A program made the position numbers and the translations under genes. This document shows positions 27,492 through 35,820 of a DNA stretch of 64,000 nt, in pieces. The DNA is from a virus (taxonomy: Duplodnaviria > Heunggongvirae > Uroviricota > Caudoviricetes), in the IMG/VR virus record IMGVR_UViG_3300010998_001290; one strand, written 5' to 3'. Positions within the stretch are counted from its first letter, which is position 1. The number at the start of each line of letters is the position of its first letter. The notes under the pieces were generated by a model. The model did not search any database. It worked only from the letters and a program-made list of their open reading frames with translations, and was not told the DNA's origin.

Positions 27492-28633
27492 TGCTTGCTG
27501 TATATTTAAAAGAACTCAAAGAGATGGTAAGGGACAGGAAAACGCTCTTCATTACGGTAGCTACACCGCTTATCGTAATAATGTTCATGATATCTATCAT
27601 CTCATTTTCAACAAATGAGCTGACTACAAGTATTGTAAACAACATTACCATAGGTGTAGAGGATACAAACAGCGACTTTGCTCAATTGCTTGCGGCAGCG
27701 GACGGCATAAAGGTCGTAGAAAGCAAGGAACCTCTTAAGGATATGAGAGCCGGATCCATCGGAGCATATCTTGAAGCTCCGGATAATATGACAGAGCTTA
27801 TGCGGTCGGACGAGGAGATACCGGTCGAGATAACATATAACAACGGGTTATTGGAATCTCAGGCAGCAGTATCAGTCTTAAGTGAGTTTATCAACACACT
27901 AAACGATACTTATCTCACAAATAAGCTTGATGAAAATGGGCTGCCTCATACATATGCGGCGAAGTATTCTACCGAACTCAACAATGTAGAAGTAAAGACA
28001 AATGGCTCTATAATGCTTACTATGTTCCCTATGTTGCTAATCACATATTGTCTGTTCGGCGTATCAGCAATAGCCAATGACCTTGGAACAGGGGAGAAGG
28101 AGAGAGGAACGCTTGAGTCTCTCCTTGCAACAGGCGTAAAGAGAAACTCTATAATGGCAGGCAAATACCTTGCTATATGTACATCGGGCATCTTATGTGC
28201 TGCCAGCTCACTGTTGGGTTTTGTTTTCTCGTCCGGATTAAATCCCATGTTATCGCTTGATATATCGTTTACGGATGGTTTGATAATACTGTTTCTGGCG
28301 CTTTTGGTAGCAAGTGCGTTTGCTGGATTATGCTTTGCATTAAGTATTTTCGCCAAGACCAACAGGGAGGCGCAAATGTACAGCACAATAATCACATCTA
28401 TATCTATTCTTCCTTCGATAACTATGTCTTCGGTTGATGTAGCAAGGCTTAGCGCTGCGGACTTCATCGCACCTTTATATAATGTGGTATATTGCCTTAA
28501 GGAAATATTACAACATTCAATAAACCCTGTACATATCCTGATTACCGCAATCTCAATGGCAGTTTGCGTGGGGTTGTGTTTCTTCTTAACAAAGGTAATG
28601 TTCAACAACGAGAGGTTTTTGTTCAGAAAATAA
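27491..28633 (+). CDS. ABC-2 type transporter permease
   Basis: ATGA-coupled to the ATPase. N-terminal TM, large extracytoplasmic loop, then five more TM segments, which is the ABC-2/NatB-like topology. Confidence 0.75.
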   Translation: MLAVYLKELKEMVRDRKTLFITVATPLIVIMFMISIISFSTNELTTSIVNNITIGVEDTNSDFAQLLAAADGIKVVESKEPLKDMRAGSIGAYLEAPDNMTELMRSDEEIPVEITYNNGLLESQAAVSVLSEFINTLNDTYLTNKLDENGLPHTYAAKYSTELNNVEVKTNGSIMLTMFPMLLITYCLFGVSAIANDLGTGEKERGTLESLLATGVKRNSIMAGKYLAICTSGILCAASSLLGFVFSSGLNPMLSLDISFTDGLIILFLALLVASAFAGLCFALSIFAKTNREAQMYSTIITSISILPSITMSSVDVARLSAADFIAPLYNVVYCLKEILQHSINPVHILITAISMAVCVGLCFFLTKVMFNNERFLFRK

Positions 28634-28696
28634 GAGGATATGTACAAGTAAGAGCTGCTGCTTTGCGGCTCTTTTTTGTATGGGACTGGTTTCTTT

Positions 28697-28732
28697 CATA
28701 CTAATTATAGGTGCATTTTATGACGAATGGAG
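28697..28732 (+). promoter_or_regulatory. CATACTA plus GACGAATGGAG cassette upstream of the second MTase
   Basis: After the terminator at 28651-28678. Confidence 0.6.
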
Positions 28733-28770
28733 TTTTATGCACGAATGAGAATTGAAAGGAACTGAAAAAT

Positions 28771-30462
28771 ATGATGAAATTACCGGATAATTACTATCCA
28801 ATACCGGAAGAGCTGGCTTTTAAAATGGCTCAGAAGGCATTTAAGAACTACAAACCCGGCGATACTGCTTATGTCCTTGAGCCGTCCGCCGGAACAGGAG
28901 ACATGATTAAGGGTATTGAGAAGTTCTCAGACAGGCAGCATCCATATTGTTGCCGATATGACATTGACTGCATCGAGATCAACCCTGAGCTTGCCGCTAT
29001 ACTTAAGGAAAGATACTGTGAGTATGGCGAAGAACGGGTGAGAGTTGTGTATGACGATTTTCTTACATTTAAGACAGATAAGGTCTATACACACATACTG
29101 ATGAACCCGCCATTTGATGAAGGAGAAAAACATCTGCTGAAAGCTCTTGACATCTTGAAGAACGGCGGGGTCGTTGTGTGTCTCTTGAATGCTGAAACAT
29201 TAAGAAATCCGTACACAAACACAAGAAAAGAGTTGACAGATCGTCTTCTTGAGCTCGGCGCTGATATCGAGTATATCGAGCACGCCTTTTCTGAAGCGGA
29301 GCGTCCGACTGATGTTGAGGTAGCAATGATTACAGTAACGATAGAGTCAAAGCCTTATACAAGCTTCTTCTTTGATGATATGAAGAACTATAGGGATGAA
29401 GACGAGCCTATAGACGAGAATGTTACGGACATAATAGAAGGCTCCGGAACTATCAGAGCAGCAATTGTTTCCTACCGCAACGAGTTAATTCTCGGAAAGC
29501 GCTTCATAAGAGAGTATTATGGACTTCGGAAGTACATACCTGTAAATTTCTGTTCTTCCGATGCAGAAGAGTGGGAGAAAGAAATGTCAAGTGCGCCTAT
29601 CATCGATATCAAAATTGATGGCAATGAGGCGATAAGAAGTACTTATCCTGAAATGCTCAACGCCTTTATAAAACTCCTTAGAAATAAGTATTGGAAAGAA
29701 TTCTTCAAGAACAAGGAGCTTACTGACAAGTTTACCTCAAATCTCATTAAGTCCTTCTCATCTCAGGTGGAACGGCTCGAAAATTACGATTTTAATGAGC
29801 ATAACATAGCCGAGATACGCAATCAAATGATCAATCAACTTACCAAAGGTGTTGAAGATGCGGTCATAGGGATATTCGACAAGCTCTCAGCCCAGCATTC
29901 GTGGTTTCCGGAATGCAGCAAGAATATTCATTATTACAATGGATGGGCATCCAATAAAGCACACAAGATAAACGATAAGGTAGTGCTGCCTACGGAGAGC
30001 AGATACGGCGGGTCGAGTTGGATCTATACAGATAGCTGGCGCAATGAAGCCTTTGATGTGTACGAAGCGTACGGAATGTTGTCAAATATCGAAAAGGTTT
30101 GCTCTTATTTCTGCGTAGAAGGAAAATCTTACCTTGACTTAAGTACACAGCTTTCGATTGCATCTAAGAGAATGATCACGAAGAACATTGAGTGCCGCTA
30201 CTTTGATATCACAATCTATAAGAAAGGAACTGTACATATCAAGTTCACCTCAAAAGAGGCTCTTGAAGCACTCAATATTTACGGCTCAAAGATGAAAGGT
30301 TGGCTTCCTCCGAGTTATGGAAAGAAGCACTACAAGGATATGAATGAAGATGAAAGAATAGTAATTGACGCTTTTCAGGGAGAAGAAGCCTATGAAAAGG
30401 AGCTGGCTGACCCTAAGGGCGTTATCGGAGCAGGAAACGGTGCAATAGCATTGTTATCATAA
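28771..30462 (+). CDS. N6-adenine (amino-) DNA methyltransferase, second orphan MTase, with a C-terminal extension of unknown function
   Basis: Motif I 'YVLEPSAGTGDM' and motif IV 'ILMNPPFDEGEKH'. AAAGGAA RBS. Confidence 0.75.
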   Translation: MMKLPDNYYPIPEELAFKMAQKAFKNYKPGDTAYVLEPSAGTGDMIKGIEKFSDRQHPYCCRYDIDCIEINPELAAILKERYCEYGEERVRVVYDDFLTFKTDKVYTHILMNPPFDEGEKHLLKALDILKNGGVVVCLLNAETLRNPYTNTRKELTDRLLELGADIEYIEHAFSEAERPTDVEVAMITVTIESKPYTSFFFDDMKNYRDEDEPIDENVTDIIEGSGTIRAAIVSYRNELILGKRFIREYYGLRKYIPVNFCSSDAEEWEKEMSSAPIIDIKIDGNEAIRSTYPEMLNAFIKLLRNKYWKEFFKNKELTDKFTSNLIKSFSSQVERLENYDFNEHNIAEIRNQMINQLTKGVEDAVIGIFDKLSAQHSWFPECSKNIHYYNGWASNKAHKINDKVVLPTESRYGGSSWIYTDSWRNEAFDVYEAYGMLSNIEKVCSYFCVEGKSYLDLSTQLSIASKRMITKNIECRYFDITIYKKGTVHIKFTSKEALEALNIYGSKMKGWLPPSYGKKHYKDMNEDERIVIDAFQGEEAYEKELADPKGVIGAGNGAIALLS

Positions 30463-30487
30463 TTAAAAATAATGAAAGGAAAATGAT

Positions 30488-30691
30488 ATGAAGAAGGTAT
30501 TTTTAGTGTGGGCGAGCAACGAGGAAACAGAACCTATGCTTTTCGCCGTAACAAGCACAAAAGAAAAAGCAGAAGCTGCTATCCGTAAGTCTGTAGAAGT
30601 ATTTGAGGAAGGCGAAAGTAACCTTGATTACGATATAGACGAAGTATCACTTGACACAATCAACATAAACGATACAGAATATGAACTGTAA
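30488..30691 (+). CDS. hypothetical small acidic protein
   Basis: AAAGGAAAA RBS. Confidence 0.5.
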   Translation: MKKVFLVWASNEETEPMLFAVTSTKEKAEAAIRKSVEVFEEGESNLDYDIDEVSLDTININDTEYEL

Positions 30692-30715
30692 ACACAAACA
30701 GAAAGGTGATGTAAT

Positions 30716-31000
30716 ATGACAAAAACTCAATTTCCTATCTATGTAAGGGATAAAGATTACGATAAGACCGGCTGGAAAAACACTTCCGAAGCTATACTCT
30801 GGGATCCGTGGACAGACCAAGCGAATTGGGATCCAAACGATAAAAACTGGAGAAAGTTTCACTCAAGCAAAATACCTGAATATATATATAAGATGCTTGA
30901 AGAAAAAGTTATCTCGCGTTACGGTACAATTATTACCGACGTAAAAGTCTATGCAGAGATAAATGAAGCGTGTCGCGCACTGTATGTGACAGTATCGTGA
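30716..31000 (+). CDS. hypothetical protein
   Basis: AAAGGTGATG RBS region. Confidence 0.5.
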   Translation: MTKTQFPIYVRDKDYDKTGWKNTSEAILWDPWTDQANWDPNDKNWRKFHSSKIPEYIYKMLEEKVISRYGTIITDVKVYAEINEACRALYVTVS

Positions 31001-31123
31001 ACTACATGGCATTTGAATTGCCGAGGATTCCCGCCCGGAAATTGCAACTGAGGCAAATATTATAATTCTCATTCTTAAGGAAAGCTCACAGAAATGTGGG
31101 CTTTTTCTTATTTGAAAATAGGC

Positions 31124-31173
31124 TGTGTACGAAAAACAATAGTTTGTGATTTTCCTCACCAAAAATCATACTA
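31124..31173 (+). promoter_or_regulatory. TGTGTACGAAAAACAATAGTTT upstream box, 21 nt, CATACTA, upstream of the flotillin gene
   Basis: After the terminator at 31081-31108. Confidence 0.6.
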
Positions 31174-31220
31174 TTTACAGGGCATAGACCCAATGAAAAA
31201 TACTAAAGGAGGGCAATAAT

Positions 31221-32807
31221 ATGCCAGATTTTGAAGTAAATCCCGCAATCGTAATCGGTGTAATCGCGGTTATAGTGGTAGCAATCATTATTTCGCTTGG
31301 TTACATCAAGGTCCCACCCGACAAGGCTTATATCATCACAGGTATAAAGCGTCGTAGGGTAATCGGAAAAGCAACGATAAGGATCCCATTCCTTGAGCGT
31401 CTCGACAAACTCAACCTTGCCGCTATGCAGGTCGATGTTGTCACAAGGACACCGGTTCCTACCGCCGACTACATCAACATAAGGGTAGACTCCGTAGTCA
31501 ATATCAAGATACCAACTGAAGATATTGTACTGGAACACCTCAATGAAAACGGCGAAGCAGTAACAGTGACCTATCCGGCTGATAAATGTCTTGAGAAGGC
31601 TCAGCAGAACTTCCTTAACAGAGACCAGCAGTACATCGTAAAGATAGCATCTGAGGTGCTTGAAGGTAATGTCCGCGAGATTATCGGACAGATGAAGCTC
31701 GAAGAAATGGTATCCAACCGTCAGAGATTCGCGGAGCTTGTAAGGCAGAATGCTGCGCCTGACCTTGCTGAACTCGGTTTGTCGATAGTGTCGTTCAATG
31801 TCCAGAACTTCTCTGATGACAACAATATTATCACCGATATGGGTATCGACAATACTATGCAGATCAAGAAGAGAGCGGCTATATCCAAGGCACAGGCTGA
31901 AAGAGATATATCTATAGCTCAGTCCGAAGCAAACAGGGAGTCGAACGACGCTCAGGTCAACTCCGAAACAGCTATCGCAGAACGCCAGAACGAACTGGCT
32001 ATCAAACAGGCAGAGCTTAAGAAACTCTCTGACATCAAGAAGGCGGAATCCGATGCAGCTTATAAGATTCAGGAAGAAGAGCAGAGAAAGACCATAGAAA
32101 TCACAGCTGCGAACGCTAACCTTGCAAAGCAGGAGAAGGAAGTCGAGATAAAAGCTAAGGAAGCTCAGGTAAGAGAACAGGCGCTTGAGGCTGAGGTCAA
32201 GAAGACGGCTGAAGCTGAAAAGTATGCGGCACAGCAGAGAGCGGACGCAGAACTGTACACAACCGCTAAGAAGGCAGAGGCTGACCTTATAAGAACCCAG
32301 AAGGCAGCGGAAGCAAAGAAAGCGGAAGCAGAAGCGGCAAGGTTTGCGGCTGAACAGGAAGCTGAAGGTATCAAAGCAAAGGGTCTCGCGGATGCAGAGG
32401 CTATCAAGGCGGCGGCATTGGCTGAGGCTGAAGGTCTCGACAGAAAAGCAGAGGCTATGCTTAAGATGCAGCAGGCGGCGGTACTTCAGATGTACTTTGA
32501 TAAGCTGCCCGATATTGCAAAGGCTGTGGCTGAACCTCTTTCTAAGACAGATAAGATCATTATGTACGGCGAAGGCAACTCTTCTAAGCTGGTAGGAGAC
32601 ATCACAAAGTCAATAAGCCAGATAAACGAAGGTATGCTCGAAGGCACAGGTATAAGCTTACAGAGTCTGCTGAACGCTTTCGTATCGGGTAAGGCGGCAG
32701 GTACGGCTGTAGCCAATGCTGTACAGAGCAGCGGCGAGACGAAGAGTGCATCTGTGGCAGACGAAGCTGATACAAGTGGCGTATACGAAGCTACGGAAGA
32801 AGAATAA
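31221..32807 (+). CDS. flotillin-like SPFH/band-7 domain membrane protein
   Basis: N-terminal TM helix, SPFH core 'YIITGIKRRRVIGKATIRIPFLERLDKLNLAAMQVDV', long Ala/Glu coiled coil typical of flotillins (FloT/YqiK). AAAGGAGGG RBS. Confidence 0.8.
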   Translation: MPDFEVNPAIVIGVIAVIVVAIIISLGYIKVPPDKAYIITGIKRRRVIGKATIRIPFLERLDKLNLAAMQVDVVTRTPVPTADYINIRVDSVVNIKIPTEDIVLEHLNENGEAVTVTYPADKCLEKAQQNFLNRDQQYIVKIASEVLEGNVREIIGQMKLEEMVSNRQRFAELVRQNAAPDLAELGLSIVSFNVQNFSDDNNIITDMGIDNTMQIKKRAAISKAQAERDISIAQSEANRESNDAQVNSETAIAERQNELAIKQAELKKLSDIKKAESDAAYKIQEEEQRKTIEITAANANLAKQEKEVEIKAKEAQVREQALEAEVKKTAEAEKYAAQQRADAELYTTAKKAEADLIRTQKAAEAKKAEAEAARFAAEQEAEGIKAKGLADAEAIKAAALAEAEGLDRKAEAMLKMQQAAVLQMYFDKLPDIAKAVAEPLSKTDKIIMYGEGNSSKLVGDITKSISQINEGMLEGTGISLQSLLNAFVSGKAAGTAVANAVQSSGETKSASVADEADTSGVYEATEEE

Positions 32808-32857
32808 GATGTAAAAGCAATGGCAGACGGCGGTAAGATTTTTCCGATTCCAGCAAT

Positions 32858-32864
32858 CATACTA
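32858..32864 (+). promoter_or_regulatory. CATACTAATAGT promoter element followed 45 nt later by a strong terminator (small-RNA candidate)
   Basis: No ORF lies between the promoter and the terminator at 32908-32950. Confidence 0.5.
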
Positions 32865-32907
32865 ATAGTGTAGAATTTCTTACTGCCATTGGAAATTATA
32901 CATATAA

Positions 32908-32950
32908 AACGGGGTTTCTCTGAAGAGGGGACCCCGTTTTTGTTTTTGCA
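32908..32950 (+). terminator. intrinsic terminator
   Basis: AACGGGGT-ttctctgaagagggg-ACCCCGTT plus TTTTGTTTTT. Confidence 0.7.
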
Positions 32951-32960
32951 CTTACTCTGT

Positions 32961-32997
32961 CATACTATCTACAGATATAAATTTTTGACGAATGGAG
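32961..32997 (+). promoter_or_regulatory. TGtCATACTA plus GACGAATGGAG cassette
   Basis: After the terminator at 32908-32950. Upstream of 33114. Confidence 0.6.
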
Positions 32998-33113
32998 CTA
33001 TTCCTAATGTGCATTTGCGCAGAGATAGTTTTGAAGTTCGTCTATTTTTATGTCTAAATAGTACGACTGCCGTGTGCAGTAAAACACATTTAACATAAAA
33101 AGGAGTAATCACT

Positions 33114-33479
33114 ATGACAAACGTAAGAACTACCACCGACACAATGACCAAGAACACTCTCAGACTGCTCGCTAACCTCGCAGCATCTGATGCTCAGTCC
33201 GCTGAGATGAGACAGAAGAAGATGAACGCTCGTTCTTTCTTCCGTACTCTCGGCAAGCGTGTATGGCTTCAGGACGTAATTGAGTCCGAATCCCGTACAT
33301 CCCGCGACGTTGAACGTAAGGACTCCGCTAAGCGTAGCCTTAAGTTCTGCGAATCTCAGCTTAGCGCTGCGTGCTTCGCATACTGCCTCCCCAAGGACTA
33401 CAATATCCTTGATGACGCTGTATGGGACCTTTTTGGCTGCCATGCCGATACATTTGCTAATCGCATAGGCTGCCGTTAA
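33114..33479 (+). CDS. hypothetical protein with strongly biased, high-expression-type codon usage
   Basis: AAAGGAG RBS. Arg is CGT, Ser TCC, Leu CTC throughout, unlike neighbouring genes. Confidence 0.6.
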   Translation: MTNVRTTTDTMTKNTLRLLANLAASDAQSAEMRQKKMNARSFFRTLGKRVWLQDVIESESRTSRDVERKDSAKRSLKFCESQLSAACFAYCLPKDYNILDDAVWDLFGCHADTFANRIGCR

Positions 33480-33591
33480 TTTTCACCATTGCCATTGGTG
33501 AATTCTTTCCTCCGTTATTGATGTCCTGCGTAAATGCAGGAGAACTCTCCGTTCCGTGTGAATGGAGAGTTTTCTTTTTTGCGCACAAATT

Positions 33592-33641
33592 CTGTGTACG
33601 AAAGACATAAGTTTCGAGTTTTCCGCTTAGGCAATCATACT
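33592..33641 (+). promoter_or_regulatory. TGTGTACGAAAGACATAAGTTT upstream box, 21 nt, CATACTA
   Basis: After the terminator at 33544-33580. Confidence 0.6.
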
Positions 33642-33794
33642 ATTATTAGATATACGGGGCGACTCGACGTCCTTGGAACGATGAAGTACCTATCAATCAT
33701 AGGCAACTCTCGTTAAGGTTAATCCTTCCATAATATTCCGGGAGGCGCTTGTTGAAGTGCGAGAGTTTTCATGTTTGTTTGCGAAGAGGTGCTT

Positions 33795-34229
33795 ATGAAA
33801 AAGAGACAAAAAGGCGGCTCAATGCCAGAACATTTGAAAATCATCTCAACCAAAAAGAAGAATACAGAGAATGATTACGGTGTTAAGTATAAATGGAATA
33901 AAGAAGTCTATGTGATCATAGACAAGGATACCGGAGCTGTGTACGACGACGCAGATGGTGAAGGCTATAAATCATATGAAGCGGCGGAATCTGCTTTGAT
34001 ATTCTTGGAACAGCCGAGAGTAAAGAAAAAGGAAAGGCATCATCTTAAGAAAGGTGTATCAAAGTGGTGCGAGACGCATCCGACAATCGTAGACAAGATA
34101 TATCGTGCTCTTTTTGACGCAGCTCAGAACGGCAAGGAACTGTCTGATGAAGATATACTTAAGCTTATACCTACAGAGGCGCAAGAAGAGATGTCTTTTT
34201 CCGTACATGAGCTTATGAGTAACTGGTAA
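33795..34229 (+). CDS. hypothetical basic protein
   Basis: GAAGAGGTG RBS before ATG 33795. Confidence 0.5.
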   Translation: MKKRQKGGSMPEHLKIISTKKKNTENDYGVKYKWNKEVYVIIDKDTGAVYDDADGEGYKSYEAAESALIFLEQPRVKKKERHHLKKGVSKWCETHPTIVDKIYRALFDAAQNGKELSDEDILKLIPTEAQEEMSFSVHELMSNW

Positions 34230-34232
34230 GGG

Positions 34233-34460
34233 GTGAGAAAGATGATACCTGTGGGTACATACGTTCAGCTTAAGGAACCCGAAAACGGAAGGCGCTTTCC
34301 CGGAAAGGTAGCCAAAAATACCGATGAAGGGGTAAAAGTCGTGTTTCCTACGGGATATTATGTGATTTTCCCGGAAGAAAGATGGGAAATTTTAAAGAAA
34401 AGCACTGTAAAGGAGGGAGAAATCAATGAAGACGACGGATCCGAAGGAGAAGATGCTTAA
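34233..34460 (+). CDS. hypothetical small protein
   Basis: GGGGTGAGAAAG RBS. Confidence 0.5.
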   Translation: MRKMIPVGTYVQLKEPENGRRFPGKVAKNTDEGVKVVFPTGYYVIFPEERWEILKKSTVKEGEINEDDGSEGEDA

Positions 34461-35130
34461 TGAAATAGCTCGAACGAATGCAAATGGGGCTTTTATAGTT
34501 CCTGAAGGCATTGAGATCATAACAGGGGATGTTACCTATCCCTCTGACTTAAGGAAGCTTATACTCCCTGAAAGCGTAAAATCCGTTGAAAGGCTTGCTT
34601 TTCAAGGCTGTACCACACTTGAGTCTGTTGAAGGCGGGAACATCAGCAAGATAGGGGCTTATTCCTTCTCCGGCTGTACAAGTCTTAGCAGGTTTGATTT
34701 CGTACACAACTGTGAAATAGGAAACGGAGCGTTCTCGGAATGTGCCTTTACTAATCTGTCATTCGAGAATTGCAGGCTTCAGAGCAAGGCTTTTGAAAGC
34801 TGCAAAAGACTTAAGCGCGTCGTAATGGACGAAAGCACGACTGCCGAATACGATACATTCGATGAATGTACCGCGATAGAAAGCTTTATTTATTCAGGTA
34901 AAGAGTATGAAGCTTTTTGTATAAAAGGGACATGCCTTATAATAAAAGAGCGGTATATCGTTGACGGCATAGATGTTATCGAGGCGATGCACCCCGATGA
35001 TTTAAGCAATCCCACAACACGGATATTTGTCTGCTCAAAAGACGGTGTGTGGGAAAGCGACAACAATATTCGAGGCTGTATTCGTAAGCTTGAAAGGAAA
35101 ATAGGCATAAGCAGCCTCTACAGCGAGTAA
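34426..35130 (+). CDS. BspA-type LRR protein, seventh, dispersed paralogue
   Basis: AAGGAGGGAG RBS. 'LAFQGCTTLESV...AYSFSGCTSLSRF...GAFSECAFTNLSF' repeats. Confidence 0.65.
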   Translation: MKTTDPKEKMLNEIARTNANGAFIVPEGIEIITGDVTYPSDLRKLILPESVKSVERLAFQGCTTLESVEGGNISKIGAYSFSGCTSLSRFDFVHNCEIGNGAFSECAFTNLSFENCRLQSKAFESCKRLKRVVMDESTTAEYDTFDECTAIESFIYSGKEYEAFCIKGTCLIIKERYIVDGIDVIEAMHPDDLSNPTTRIFVCSKDGVWESDNNIRGCIRKLERKIGISSLYSE

Positions 35131-35157
35131 ATTATTTTGTTTTCCTTTTCACTATTT

Positions 35158-35194
35158 CATACTAATATTAGCATTTATATTAAGACGAATGGAG
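35158..35194 (+). promoter_or_regulatory. CATACTA plus GACGAATGGAG cassette
   Basis: Upstream of 35236. Confidence 0.55.
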
Positions 35195-35235
35195 CGTATA
35201 GGTGCTGATACTTATTATGAATAGGAGGATTACGA

Positions 35236-35817
35236 ATGAATCGTACAAAATATGTACATCTGCTGATTGACTCAGTGTGCAATCTTGCAGAGATAGACAG
35301 CGTGGCTTTAAAAGCGGCTTATGACAAAATGGAAGTTAAACCCGACAACTTTGATGCCGGATACCCTATCAGATACATAGTAGCTGATGGGAAAATAGGC
35401 AGTCTTGGGGAGCTTCTTGAAGTATTCTACGCCAATACATTCAAATATGAGGAATCAACATACTGCGAAGGCTATGGCAAGCTTATTGAATTCCTTTATG
35501 CGATAGATGTCGGCGAAGACTGCGATGTCAACGAAATCGTTGAAAGGCTTGACGATCTCACCAACGAGAACGCCTTATTCGATATCGAAGGCGAGAAAAT
35601 CAATGATGATGACGATATCCGCATTATGAGGAACGTGAACACGCTCTTCGGACTTAAGCAGCTGCTTAACAGAGATACCTCTGAAGAGAGTATCTGGCAG
35701 TTTATGAACGCTGACTATCGCGATCACAGAAAGGTAATGCGTCTGCTTGAAGAGAGTAAAGCGGGCGATGCGGACGAAATACTTTCCGAATGGTTAGTAT
35801 GCTGCGAAGGAGTGTAA
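35236..35817 (+). CDS. hypothetical acidic protein, paralogue of 43807..44376
   Basis: AGGAGG RBS. Shared 'KVKPDNF', 'TFKYEES', 'ADEILSEWLVCCE' blocks. Confidence 0.65.
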   Translation: MNRTKYVHLLIDSVCNLAEIDSVALKAAYDKMEVKPDNFDAGYPIRYIVADGKIGSLGELLEVFYANTFKYEESTYCEGYGKLIEFLYAIDVGEDCDVNEIVERLDDLTNENALFDIEGEKINDDDDIRIMRNVNTLFGLKQLLNRDTSEESIWQFMNADYRDHRKVMRLLEESKAGDADEILSEWLVCCEGV

Positions 35818-35820
35818 AAT

